Shown piece by piece: positions 23,793 to 37,871 of a stretch of 64,000 bases of DNA. The notes under the pieces are model-generated. The model searched no databases. It was not told the origin of the DNA and worked only from the letters and a program-made list of their open reading frames with translations. This DNA comes from Mizuhopecten yessoensis (Eukaryota). The position numbers and the translations under genes were made by a program. Numbering within the stretch: the stretch's first letter is position 1; every line of letters begins with the position of its first letter. Location: positions 1,398,919-1,462,918 of the forward strand of contig NW_018485984.1 of the NCBI RefSeq assembly GCF_002113885.1, read 5' to 3'.

Positions 23793-26700
23793 AACAGTAA
23801 TTATCTTTGTGTAGTGACGCTATGATCTAACATCAGGAATTATCCTTGTGTATTGACGCTATGATATAACAAAAGGAATTATCCTTGAGTATTGACGCTA
23901 TGATATAACAGCATGAATTATCATTGTGTATTGACGCTATGATCTAACAACAGGAATTATCCCTGTGTATTGACGCTATGATCTAAACACAGGAATTATC
24001 CTTGTGTATTGACGCGATGATATAACAACAGGAATTATCCATGTGTATTGAAGCTGTGATCTAAACACAGGAATTATCCTTGTGTATTGACGAGATGAGA
24101 TAACAACAGGAATTATCCTTGTTTATTGACGCTATGATCTAAACACAGGAAGTATCCTTATGTATTGACGCTATGATCTAAACACAGGAATTATCCTTGT
24201 GTATTGACGCTATGATATAACAACAGGAAGTATCCTTGTGTATTGACGCTATGATATAACAACAGGAATTATCCTTGTGTATTGACGCTATGATCTAAAC
24301 ACAGGAAGTATCCATGTGTATTGACGCTATGATCTAACAACAGGAATTATCCTTGTGTATTGACGCTATGATCTAAACACAGGAATTGTCCTTGTGTATT
24401 GACGCTATGATATAATACCAGGATTTATCCCTGTGTATTGACGCTGTGATATAATACCAGGATTTATCCCTGTTTATTGAAGCTGTGATCTAAACATAGG
24501 AATTGTCCTTGTGTATTGACGCTATGATATCACAACAGGAATTATTCTTGTGTGTTGACGCTATGATCTAAACACAGGAAGTATCCATGTGTATTGACGC
24601 TATGATCTAACAACAGGAAGTATCCTTGTGTGTTGACGCTGTGTTATAATACAAGGATTTTTCCCTGTGTATTGACGCTATGATACAACAACAGGAATTG
24701 TCCTTGTGTATTGACGCTAAGATATAACAACAGGAATTATCCTTGTGTGTTGACGCTGTGTTATAATACAAGGATTTTTCCCTGTGTATTGACGCTATTA
24801 TATAACAACAGGAATTATTCTTGTGTGTTGACGCTATGATCTAAACACAGGAAGTATCCATGTGTATTGACGCTATGGTCTAACAACAGGAATTATCCCT
24901 CTGTATTGACGCTATGATCTAACCACAGGAAGTATCCTTGTGAATTGACGCTATGATATAACAACAGGAAGTATACCTGTGTATTGACGCTATGATCTAA
25001 CCACAGGAAGTATCCTTGTGAATTGACGCTATGATATAACAACAGGAATTATCCCTCTGTATTGACGCTATGATCTAACCACAGGAATTATCCTTGTGTA
25101 TTGACGCTATGATATAACAACAGGAATTATGCTTGTGTATTGACGCTATGGTCTAACAACAGGAATTATCCCTGTGTATTGACGCTATGATATAACAACA
25201 GGAATTATCCTTGTGTATTGACGCTATGATATAACAACAGGAATTATCCTTGTGTATTGACGCTATGATATAACAACAGGAATTATCCTTGTGTATTGAC
25301 GCTATGATATAACAACAGGAATTATCCTTGTGTATTGACGCTATGATATAACAACAGGAATTATCCTTGTGTATTGACGCTATGATATAACAACAGGAAT
25401 TATCCTTGTGTATTGACGCTATGATATAACAACAGGAATTATCCTTGTGTATTGACGCTATGATATAACAACAGGAATTATCCTTGTGTATTGACGCTAT
25501 GATCTAACAACAGGAATTATCCTTGTGTATTGACGCTATGATATAACAACAGGAATTATCCTTGTGTATTGACGCTATGATATAACAACAGGAATTATCC
25601 TTGTGTATTGACGCTATGATATAACAACAGGAATTATCCTTGTGTATTGACGCTATGATATAACAACAGGAATTATCCTTGTGTATTGACGCTATGATAT
25701 AACAACAGGAATTATCCTTGTGTATTGACGCTATGATATAACAACAGGAATTATCCTTGTGTATTGACGCTATGATATAACAACAGGAATTATCCTTGTG
25801 TATTGACGCTATGATATAACAACAGGAATTATCCTTGTGTATTGACGCTATGATATAACAACAGGAATTATCCTTGTGTATTGACGCTATGATATAACAA
25901 CAGGAATTATCCTTGTGTATTGACGCTATGATATAACAACAGGAATTATCCTTGTGTATTGACGCTATGATATAACAACAGGAATTATCCTTGTGTATTG
26001 ACGCTATGATATAACAACAGGAATTATCCTTGTGTATTGACGCTATGATATAACAACAGGAATTATCCTTGTGTAGTGACGCTATGATATAACAACAGGA
26101 ATTATCCTTGTGTATTGACGCTATGATATAACAACAGGAATTATCCTTGTGTATTGACGCTATGATATAACAACAGGAATTATCCTTGTGTATTGACGCT
26201 ATGATATAACAACAGGAATTATCCTTGTGTGTTGACGCTATGATCTAAACACTGGAATTGTCCTTGTGTGTTGACGCTGTGATATAATACCAGGATTTAT
26301 CCCTGTGTAGTGACGCTATGATATAACAACAGGAAGTATCCTTGTGTATTGACGCTATGATCTAACAACAGGAATTATCCTTGTGTATTGACGCTATGAT
26401 ATAACAACAGGAATTATCCTTGTGTATTGACGCTATGATATAACAACAGGAATTATCCTTGTGTATTGACGCTATGATATAACAACAGGAATTATCCTTG
26501 TGTATTGACGCTATGATATAACAACAGGAATTATCCTTGTGTATTGACGCTATGATATAACAACAGGAATTATCCTTGTGTATTGACGCTATGATATAAC
26601 AACAGGAATTATCCTTGTGTATTGACGCTATGATATAACAACAGGAATTATCCTTGTGTATTGACGCTATGATATAACAACAGGAATTATCCTTGTGTAT

Positions 26701-28370
26701 TGACGCTATGATATAACAACAGGAATTATCCTTGTGTATTGACGCTATGATATAACAACAGGAATTATCCTTGTGTATTGACGCTATGATATAACAACAG
26801 GAATTATCCTTGTGTATTGACGCTATGATATAACAACAGGAATTATCCTTGTGTATTGACGCTATGATATAACAACAGGAATTATCCTTGTGTATTGACG
26901 CTATGATATAACAACAGGAATTATCCTTGTGTATTGACGCTATGATATAACAACAGGAATTATCCTTGTGTATTGACGCTATGATATAACAACAGGAATT
27001 ATCCTTGTGTATTGACGCTATGATATAACAACAGGAATTATCCTTGTGTATTGACGCTATGATATAACAACAGGAATTATCCTTGTGTATTGACGCTATG
27101 ATATAACAACAGGAATTATCCTTGTGTATTGACGCTATGATATAACAACAGGAATTATCTTTGTGTATTGACGCTATGATATAACAACAGGAATTATACT
27201 TGTGTATTGACGCTATGATATAACAACAGGAATTATCCTTGTGTATTGACGCTATGATATAACAACAGGAATTATCCTTGTGTAATGACGCTATGATATA
27301 ACAACAGGAATTATCCTTGTGTAATGACGCTATGATATAACAACAGGAATTATCTTTGTGTAATGACGCTATTATATAACAAAAGGAATTACCCTGGTGT
27401 ATTGACGCTATGATATAACAACAGGAATTATACCTGTGTGTTGACGCTATGATATAACAACAGGAATTATCCTTGTGTATTGACGCTATGATCTAACAAC
27501 AAGAAATATCTTTGTGTAATGACGCTATGATATAACAACAGGAATTATCTTTGTGTAATAACGCTATGATATAACAAAAGGAATTATCTTTGTGTAATAA
27601 CGCTATGATATTACAACAGGAATTATCTTTGTGTAATGACGCGATGATATAACAACAGGAATTACCCTTGTGTAATGACGCTATGATATAACAACAGGAA
27701 TTACCCTTGTGTATTGACGCTATAATATAACAACAGGAATTGTCTTTGTGTAATGACGCTATGATATAACAAAAGGAATTATATTTGAGTGTTGACGCTA
27801 TGATATAATACTAGGAATTATCTTTGTGTATTGACGACGTGATCTTACAACAGGGATTATCTTAATGTATTGACGCTATGATATAACAACTGGAATTATC
27901 CTTGTGTGTTGACGCTATGATATAATACCAGGATTTATCCCTGTGTATTGACGCTATGATATAACAACAGGAATTATCTTTGTGTAATGACGCTATGATA
28001 TAACAACAGGTATTATCCCTGTGTATTGACGCAATGATATAATACCAGGAATTATACTTGTGTGTTGACGCTATGTTATGATACCATACGTTCCAGAGCG
28101 ATGAGCGTGTTTTGCAACAAGTAACCGACAGTAATTATCCTTGTGTATTGACGCTATGATATAATACCAGGATTTATTCCTGTGTATTGACGCTATGATC
28201 TAACAACAGGAATTATCCTTGTGTATTGACGTTATGATATGATAACAAGAATTATCCCGATGTGTTGATGATTTGATATAATATCAGGAATTATCCATAG
28301 GCTTTGTTATATTTATAAGATAAAGAATTGTCCGTGTATGGTGACGCTATGATATCACGTTAGGAATTGT
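23793..28370. repeat. 39-bp tandem satellite, ~115 copies (consensus CAGGAATTATCCTTGTGTATTGACGCTATGATATAACAA)
   Basis: 39-bp periodicity is directly visible (GGAATTATCC at 25201 and 25240). The core at ~25170-27150 is near-perfect; edges are diverged and include 38-bp variants. Confidence 0.98.
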
Positions 28371-30892
28371 TTAGCCAAGGTGTGCAGGCCGGTATCGGTG
28401 AATCACTTAAACTGTTACTTTGAAGGCCAAATCCGGTACCTTTCTCTAATAATCAAGAATAGTTTAGTTTCACATCTACATGTAATATAAACATGTATAG
28501 ACCTGTTTTTATTTTGTATAGGTCAGTCTCTTATTTTGCGAGTTCGTACCGCATAGTATCTTCAACATATATATTTTATGAAGATACGGAAGTACTTTCT
28601 CATTCGTAGCTACTGTATATAATTACATGAATATGCGTGGACCCATAAACGAAAATGTTAGTTATTTTTGTATTACACAGGTGACCTCATCACATCACGT
28701 TAGTTACAATGTCGGACCACGTGACGTATGACAGGCGTAGTTTGACCGCCCTGAAAACCACCCTGAGAATATTGGTACTTTACTTAAAGGCATAGACATA
28801 GCCTTATTGAAGTTAAGAATAAAATAATTGTTTGAACCAAATGATAATGACATCGAATCTACTACGAGTAATGTGCTACAAAACAGATTGTGAAAATGGT
28901 ACTATATTTGATTTGTTTTGTTGCCATTCTTTTGCTAGGACACCCAACGGAAGTTGCACATTTTCCCACGAAAACATCTTGTTCTCTGTACTGCGATGCC
29001 CCAGCGTACAAAGAGTGAAAATAGATGTATTTCGTATTTGCTTTAATTTAATAAAAAGCATTGTTGAATATATATTTATTGACTGTATTTTTTCAACATT
29101 TGTGAGATGACCAAAACATTGGGTTTCTGAACATGTTGACCACGAATGGCAAACATGTATATTCCAAATAAATGTTGAAGTGAATCTAAAGTAAATCTGT
29201 TCAGAATTTCAATATATATGACGACTTTATCAATTTAAATAAGAAAATACATTCCTGAAAAGAAAGATATTTTATTTGGCTTGATGTGATCGTGACGTCA
29301 TGGCACAGTGACGTCATACGTTGGATGTTGGATACGGTGTTACTGGTCTGCATAATACAGGTGCAGCTCTATTTGACAAATAAACATCGCCGTTATGATA
29401 ACTGTTTCAATTATAACGCATATTGTAATGAGTGGGTGTTAATTCGTCTATTATTATCATAAAAAAATGTAAATAAATGAAATTATATTCAAATTTCCAA
29501 TCGACGTGCCGGAATAAAGTGCAGTTAATGGCTTAATTGGTCAAATTATAGTACATTGTACGAATGCAGGCAATGTGCATTATACATCACATTTGCATAA
29601 GCATAAATCATTTAAATTATGACCTTTTGGTCCATCGGTGCATTCAAGAGGTACATTTGTAGTGTCAACCTGTGTGTGGTCGAAATGATGTGATAATTGG
29701 AGCACCAATCTATAAAGAATATCACCAAACCACTTTAATTTGTATATAAAATTATATAGGTATATACACGAGACACACACGTGTGGTATCAATGAAACTC
29801 ACTCTAACGTACATATAACTAGCAGTTACGTTTAGACCGTATTCCATCACATCGTCAGAATGTTCACGTATTAATATGTGCACTTATCTTTCACTAAAAG
29901 GTCGCCACACAACGACTGCCAAGGTCATCTGACGAGCAAGCCGGTGAGATCAAAGGAAATCGATTTGTTTACTGTCAGCATGGTTCTAGTGACAAATCGA
30001 TTAGTACCTTCTATGTATTGACAATAGCAAATAAATCCATTATGAGGAAACAAAGGGAACATCGATCACTTCCGTCTTGAACCGGATTGAAATATCAGCA
30101 AATAATGACAAGATGACCGATTACTGAACGTCCGAAAAACCAGATGTCCAGCTTGACCACGGCGCTAACAATCTTTGTTTCTATGGGTACGTATAGTATG
30201 ACGTTTTCGCGTTTATGTTGGGTTTGTTTTCTAGTGCATGCATATAATTTGTACTGCATAGTTCAACAACCGAATTACGGGTTATATCACAAAAGTATTA
30301 CCTACCTGGACTGTATACCTGCAGGCAATATCTATATATATTCTTAATGTGTGTATTTATCTTTTCTGAGAAAATATTTATGCAACGCATTCCAGGTAGA
30401 GCCTTTGTTCTTTTTTCTGGTTTGTATGCATCACCCAATAAAATGCATCGACGACATTGTTTTTGTGATTTGTTTTTATCCTGGAAAAAATCGGCACAAG
30501 TGTACGTGAACAGTGTATTCTTGTGACATAAACGAAGGAAAGATACATATGTAACATTGCGAAAAAAAGATAAATAAATACGACTAAATCAATTTATTAC
30601 TTTTCCAACATTTCGAATTCTGACAATCATATTTCATCATAACATCAAAATGTGTTGTACGTCATAACAATATGTAATTGAAGGTGCCTTTTTGTCTATT
30701 TCAGTGCTTATAAGACGACATGAACTAGGCCATTTAATTATGTGAATTGCGCTGTTCTTTTTGCTCGTGCAAAAAAAAAAAATGTCACGTGATGCCTCGT
30801 TTTTGTTTCGTCAACAGCCCCATGTCAAAATCGATGTGATTATTTCTAGATGTTGCAGTCAATTGTAAGCCCGTTGTTACGAAATAAGCTTC

Positions 30893-31235
30893 ACCGCAAA
30901 CGCTTAATTATGTGTGCTTTATACTTGTTCCATCTATAAGTTGTAGCGCATGCGTTCAGTTTGATAAGTTAGACATCTTTGTATATCTATAAGTTAAAAA
31001 CAAACGTTTGTCTTTGTGTTTTTGAATGATTTGTGTGTGTATAAGAATATAAAGGCTGTATCGCAAGCGTTTATTTTTGTGTGGGTTTTTTTACGTCTTT
31101 GTGTATATCATCGTGTCTAAGCTTTATCGCTAGCGTTTATGTTTGTGTTTGATATCTTTGTCTATATACATGGAGAGACGACGTATTTACAAATTGTATC
31201 GCAAGCGTTCAGTTTTGCGTTTTTGAAGTACTTAT
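30893..31235. repeat. Degenerate ~55-70 bp tandem repeat (core TGTATCGCAAGCGTT.A.TTTTG...ATCTTTGT.TATAT)
   Basis: Related units at ~30895, 30942, 31057, 31125 and 31196. Confidence 0.6.
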
Positions 31236-32672
31236 CCATAAATATATAAACTTGTGAAACCTAGCTGTAATAGCTTTTCATATCTTTTTTTGTCATTTCT
31301 TCTTTATGCTCAAATACATCCTCGAAATTCCAGGCTACCGCTTTTGATACACATAAAATTTCTCACACTAGATCGGAACTTGCAGATTTTGAGGATCACT
31401 CTTATATGAGCATGTATATGTTTTTTTCAAGGCGATTCTTGAGGATTGTGTATTTTGATACGATGTTAAAGACAGTCATGACGCATAAAAAAGTCAATTT
31501 CTACGAAACGTGCCGATACATTCAACGCATTGTCTCATTTCGGTCGTGTGAAAAGAAGACGATTTCTAATATATGCAACATTTGCACCGAATCCTGCTAT
31601 GAGAATGTGTAAGATTTGTGTTAAAATGTTACCTGTTACATTATCACGTTCTGATAGACTGTTAAATTTTCATAAAAGTACCAGCCCGGGAAACACATGC
31701 GTATGCTATCATGTTACATTAATTTGAGCGGCGCGTGTTTTACCCATCCGTAGTAACACACGCGGGCGGAGATGAATAGATGTTTCTGATTGGTGATCTC
31801 CAGACTGCGTTCCTCTGGTGATTAAGTTTACGCTACAAAATGAAGACGTATGTATTTCCACAAGTCCGTGAGCATAATTGATATCCAGTCCGTCCCCGAG
31901 TCTCCTATCTCCGTGTCCGAGAATTGTTTGACAGTATCTCCTAAAATCGTACACTAGACACATACCAAATGGCCGAGCACTGGATAACACACAGTCATTG
32001 TCAATTCTCGCGTAATATCGATGGCCGTTCGTAATTTAATAACTTTGTTGAATTTCCATGTTATGTCGTCTTATCACTCTTTGAAAAAAAAATCCCTTTT
32101 TAATAGTTTCTACGTGAAAAAATCGGTACTTCATGGTGCTTCGGCGACATTGTTGTCAAATGTTACGAAATCTGAAATATCCGGATGTAATCGGTCAAAG
32201 AATAATTAAGATAGAATTTCTGTATTAATATATGATATAAAAAACTTAAATACAATTGTAAAAGAGTTCATCATTGTCCAATCCGACACGTGTGACGTCA
32301 GCAGCGTTTGACGGCTCTTGTCATGAGGTAAATTATATTTCTAGACGACAAGAGCAGTTGGCTGCGACAAATTGTATTTGTTACATACTTCGTATCGGGG
32401 TGTAGACTAAAGGGTCATTCTTTGTGAAAAAATGTCATGACAAAATATGTTTTGAAGTTCCTTTATCCAGTGAACATAAATATACAATATACGTATAGCA
32501 TGTAAGTATTCGTTTACATATGTATTATGCAAAGGACATATCTTTCTACATAGCGTTATGTATTATGAAGGGCATTTGAAAGGCGAAAATATACATATGC
32601 GAAAAGAAAACAACGCAATTTGTATCCATATTGCAACTCGTTGAGACACTAAAAGCCACCACTTAAGGGTAT

Positions 32673-32878
32673 ACCACACACTTGTGTTTTTCTAACGAAT
32701 CAGAATATATTCACTAGTGCGCGGAGCCCAACGAGTGAATATATACGTCCGCGCAATAAATGAGTGCTTTCTGANGCGCGGAGCGCAACGAGTTAATATT
32801 AACGTCCGCGCAATAAATGAGTGTTTTCTGACTCGTTAGAAAAACACAAGTGTGTGGTCTTGCTTTTATCACATACCT
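32673..32878. mobile_element. Non-autonomous DNA element with 33-bp inverted repeats
   Basis: ACCACACACTTGTGTTTTTCTAACGAATCAGAA (32673-32705) and TTCTGACTCGTTAGAAAAACACAAGTGTGTGGT (32826-32858) are inverted with one mismatch. An internal 56-bp duplication flanks the N at 32775. Confidence 0.78.
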
Positions 32879-33994
32879 TTCGTATTAGGTAGAGATCGAT
32901 ACAAAGATTTTATAAACTTTGATATTTTTTTGCAAATAACGGGAACTTTTCAGTTCGCCATGACAAGGGGATTTGTAACATATGCAATACAGAACGTTGT
33001 TTTTCATGGTCTGAAAATTGCTTGTATTACTATAACAAGATTCAACAGGTATATGATAAACTATCTTACACTTTATACAGCGGAAATGTATTTCATTTAT
33101 CTCCCTTGAAAAATGAGGTTTTTTTTTATCATTTTCAATGTATGCCTTGTTCATTCATTGTATTGTTTATGTTTAGATATGTAATCAATAAATTATTACT
33201 GAAACAAAGTGGGGTTTTTTGTATGGAAGTCTTCTGGAAAAGAAACGTACAATGTATGTCACAGACGGATGGCATATATCCTTATCAAGTAGTGACAGGA
33301 ACATAAAGAGATAGGATTGTGTTGGCTCAGATTTTTTTTATATTTAATAATATCCAGTACCAATGGCCATCAATCACATATCAGGGCTTAATGTCATAAA
33401 ATACAAATCAATCAATATAGAGTATTGTTTTTCATGTTACGTGTAAACATACCTGAACGTGACAAAAATAAACAAAAGCTTACCGGTATTGTAGGGGAAT
33501 TTGGTCGTTATTCTCTTTCGAGTTTAACATTTCTACGTACTGTATGTGTTTTCAATGGCAATGTGTGTTTTTGGAAAAAATGCCTGGAAAGCAAATAAAG
33601 CTGAATTGGTATTAGGATGCCTTTATTTTCCCTGGAGCAAAACTCAACATATTGTTGCGATAACACAATACAGCAGAGTGTCAATTTACCTATCACCGAT
33701 ATCCACTGTACACACATACCTGTATTTTTCTCAATTCACCTTCAAGGTATGTTGGTTACAACAACGTAAAACGTGTGCTTTGACGTCACATATATAACTA
33801 ATTGTCAACAATAAACTGCGGTATTCAAATACATATTTTCATTTTTTTAAGGGTAATATGCAGTATTCTTAAAATAAATACAAGTACACTACTGCGTTGC
33901 TTGCCAACATAATTATTAAAAGGGACGTTTCAATACACGTAAATATACAATAAAATGTACAATATTTAGAGGTTATTACATGCTTGTTTTCCTC

Positions 33995-34530
33995 TCAGAC
34001 CCTAGATTGGCCCAAGCTACCTAAACAGGCCAAAGGGCCGAGGGACCGCGGGCCTGATATAGGTTGATGGGCCCATATGGGGTCTGATATGAAAACTGGC
34101 ATGATATAACATTTTTACCATATACATTTTATTAATGAAAAAAAAATCAATTAAAACAAATAGTTTTCCTCTTCGTGTTGCCGTTGTTCGTGGTGTCCTC
34201 CCTTTCGATGTTAACAAACCTTGCCTCTGCCAACCTTTAGTCATTTTCATCGTCGATAAGTTCATCTAATTCAGGTATTCATTGAGCTAACGACTCGAGT
34301 ACTGCCTCTCCATGAGACTCCATTATAGACGAGAGATGCAGACGACAACAACAACAAACCTCTAAAATTTGAAGCGGTCACCGGACTGGACTGTGTTGAA
34401 GACCCGGATGCAGGCTGATATATCCGGAAGCGGGCTGATATCACCGGATGAGGGCTGATATCGATAGCTTACAGTATTACACGGGCGGGCAATATCGATA
34501 ATTGGAATGATACAGTATCGCATATGCAAT
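33995..34530. mobile_element. Probable DNA-transposon remnant with subterminal CTGATAT repeats
   Basis: Two GC-rich patches carry five same-orientation GG(C/T/-)CTGATAT motifs (~34051, 34081, 34412, 34431, 34452). No TIR pair or TSD was resolved. Confidence 0.35.
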
Positions 34531-35882
34531 TTGATCGATATTATCAAGCAAGCATATGATAAATATACCAAGCACACGCATCATCCATACTGGTTACTCC
34601 AACAAATGTATCGCTTTGAATTTTTCGTCAAACTTCAGAATTAAAAGATCGATATAATTGGTTTCCCGATCACACTGAAAGCATGAATGAAGAACAACCA
34701 AACTGTCTTCGGTTGGAACAATTCGATTTAGCAGTTAGAGTATGCCCTACCCACAGTGTATATCATAATTTGAAGTTTCAAGATACATTTTGTTTTGAAA
34801 TCATGAGTTTGGAAGTGATTACAGTGGTTTCCCTGACGTATATACATATTCAATACTGTAGGACGATTCCTCTACTTGATAGACTACCTTGTCGTGTTTA
34901 CCAAGCACTTGTTTGTTTCAGATTTAAAATGACTTTCGAAAAAAGATGGCTCTTGAATTATTTCAAATTAACTTCCTGGAACTAGATAAACATGGCAAAG
35001 TTCTGCTGAATGATATAATGGTACCCGTTGCGAACAGTTTTGATATCGAAACAAAAACATTGGCGCCAAAGAGAAAATCGTTTGGCACTCTATGACTGAT
35101 TCTTTTCAAATTTAAGTTTGATTTATTTTCGGTTATATTTTTGAGTAACGTTAACCTTGTCTGATGTAGCCCTAATGATGTTGTAAAGGCTGGATGTCAC
35201 AAGAAAATAGGGTTTTATATGAACATTTTCTTTTTCAACTAACGCAGATAATGATTTCACGATGTTCACCAAACGAGACTAACGCTTGCTTTTTTTAAAT
35301 TGAAAAACCATAGAGATTTTTCCTACACATGTTTTACATGTGAACGATGTAAAACATGCACAGGCCTGCCTTTACATGTATGTAACAGGATTGTCACAAA
35401 GGTCCCTCCAGTCAGGGGGAGTGACTCGGTACACGGACGATCTGCACGTCCCAACGACAAGGCTGGCCGTTTGATGTGACGTTATGACCGGTCTGTATGT
35501 ATACGGCGATTCTGATGACACACCGTGACGAACATGGAAAGCTCGTGTCCAACATCCTCACTCCTGTACCACGTCCGTCAGAAACATGGCACCCAGAACA
35601 ACAACACGACATCGTCTGACGTCCCTTTTAAATTTCAACTATTTCAACCTTTTTTATTTATCTTTGTTAACAACTGCAGTGAAAGCGAATCCGTCTGCAT
35701 CACAGAAGATCGAGATTGTTCGACTGATTTTGACACTGCTAGGAAAGTTTTTGATGAAATGGGAAGTGGAACGCTAATTATGATTTCTTTAAATAGTTTT
35801 TCAATATATTGTTATATGCACCTGGGATTTTTAAATGATATTACGAAACTAATAAAACAGATTATTCAACTCAATAGGATGT

Positions 35883-35951
35883 GTATTGGTGTAAGGTTGT
35901 ATTGGTGTAAGGTTGTATTGGTGTAAGGTTGTATTGGTGTAAGGTTGTATT
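35883..35951. repeat. 16-bp perfect tandem repeat (GTATTGGTGTAAGGTT) x4.3
   Basis: Exact copies are directly visible. Confidence 0.95.
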
Positions 35952-37871
35952 CGAACCTTAGAAACCATGTACACACACTGATTAAACCTACTATTGAATA
36001 TACAAGTTGCAGTACTCTGTCTAATAAAATTGAATTGTCAGGGGAAGGTGGAAATAACTAATTTCATTCTTGTCTATTTGACGCTTGAATGCCCGCTTCC
36101 CATGATGGTATTATATGGAGTTTGAACTAATCGTTCAAAGGACTACGATTGTTGGAGTTCGGTTCGGTCAGTTTATCATTATATCAACAATACATGTACC
36201 TTTATAAAGTAATGATCAATGAAAGCGTTCAATCTCATAATTTCATTATACAATTAAAGCATGGGATGAATGAAATATGTAGAAGGTTGTGGTTCCCCCA
36301 ACCCAGGGACCATATTTAAAAAACCATTCTCATGCTCAAAATGAGATTATATGCTCAAACATAATTTCTTGTTCTGTTGAGAAGTACAAATTAATATTTG
36401 CATTTTTTCAATGATTTTGAAGAATTTCGGAAAGACAAGGAAAAATACCTTTTTTCTGATATCTAGACTTGGCTTGTTGATAGTGTCATCTAATTTATGC
36501 AAGATAAAGAAAGTTGTTATTTGTCCAGCATCCATGCTTCAGCACGAGAGCGGCTTCATAAATACGATTTCATACAAAACGAACATATCCTTTTTAAAGC
36601 AATTTCCCAAATTAGAAGATTCGAAAACTTAATACGCTGTCTAAATTATCTGCCTGCGACTCAAAATTGATAACAACGAGAGATGGACAGGTCTATACAC
36701 GTTCTGCCTACCTTTGAAGGATGTATGTAGCAAGTTCCAGGTCCCCCTCGTCCCTCATCTGATTGCCTCGGTCATTTCCGCGATGAAGTTATAGTTCAAT
36801 GTGTAGAGGTGTTCTAGTTTACAGTCAAAAAGCTGATGCAGGACTAACTCCCTGGACAGCGAGGCACATGGCAAAATGGCAAAGCAGGGATAAAATGGGG
36901 AAAAAACATTATGCATTGTTTCTTATATGCATGGTACAAGTAGAAAGCACAATTACTTCATGGAATTTTTTGTCGTCGAAGTCAATTGAAAATGATCTTA
37001 CGGAACGTCGATACTTTAGTATATTGTAAGACGACCTTCTGTGAAATAAACTGTTAGGGACACTTCTGTCGTATATCGTTTACAGGAAAACCTTACGCCG
37101 CACTTTTACTTCACCGTTTCAACCTTCCGTAAAGAGTGAACTTATTGTGACAGCGAATGTGACTGTACTAAGTACACAGCATATCATTACTACATGCAGT
37201 AATGACGGCTGCAACTAGGTGTGTGTGTGGGGGGGTGGGTTGAAAATGGATTTAAGCCAGGAAGAGTGAATACATTTTGGTAAAAGCTTACCGGTATACA
37301 GCAGAATGAAGGGTGACCTTCCGTTAACTCATTCACCCCCAAAGACACATCTAAACTCTTCCAATTCAAAGGTTGGAGTAGTTCATTATGAAATTTTAGG
37401 TGTGCAAAAGATACATAAACTATGAGACACTCCTTTGTCAAATAGGCTGTGAGACGGAAGTAAGACGACAACAACAACAACAACGACAGAAAATCTTCCG
37501 TCGAACAGACTTCTGGAGGACCTTCTCTTAACAGATTGCAATAGGATCCGGAGTTACTGTCAAACATTTTGTTAGACAATATTCTGTCTAAAACAGCTGT
37601 GAGACAATGCACTGCCAAGAAGAGTTAATTCAACCTTCGACCAGATAAGCCTTAACGTATTGAAAAAGTCTCCTGCCAAACTGACACAGTTATGTAGCAG
37701 GAAAAACAAGGTACGGTACTGTACGTGCATTAATTAACGAAAAATATGAAAGTGTTGAAATCTTGAACGACCATTGTAAAATCAAATGAATGAAATAAAC
37801 ATTGTTTGAATTATCCCCCTGATTTCCTTAACTATGGGGTGTTGTTATACGCACAGTGATGTAGCTGATCT

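Noticed and set aside
23793-28370. CRISPR-like array, or a repeat protein (one minus-strand frame of the consensus is open: CYIIASIHKDNSC)
   Set aside because: Units are contiguous with no unique spacers, there are no cas genes and the context is eukaryotic. The open frame has no start codon and is broken by GATCTA variants (TAG) and 38-bp units.
37190-37618. 142-aa ORF (also 35525-35926, 43127-43444, 48742-49062, 51770-52087 and other 60-110 aa ORFs)
   Set aside because: No recognisable domains, often non-ATG starts, and several run through microsatellites or tandem repeats. Lengths are as expected by chance.
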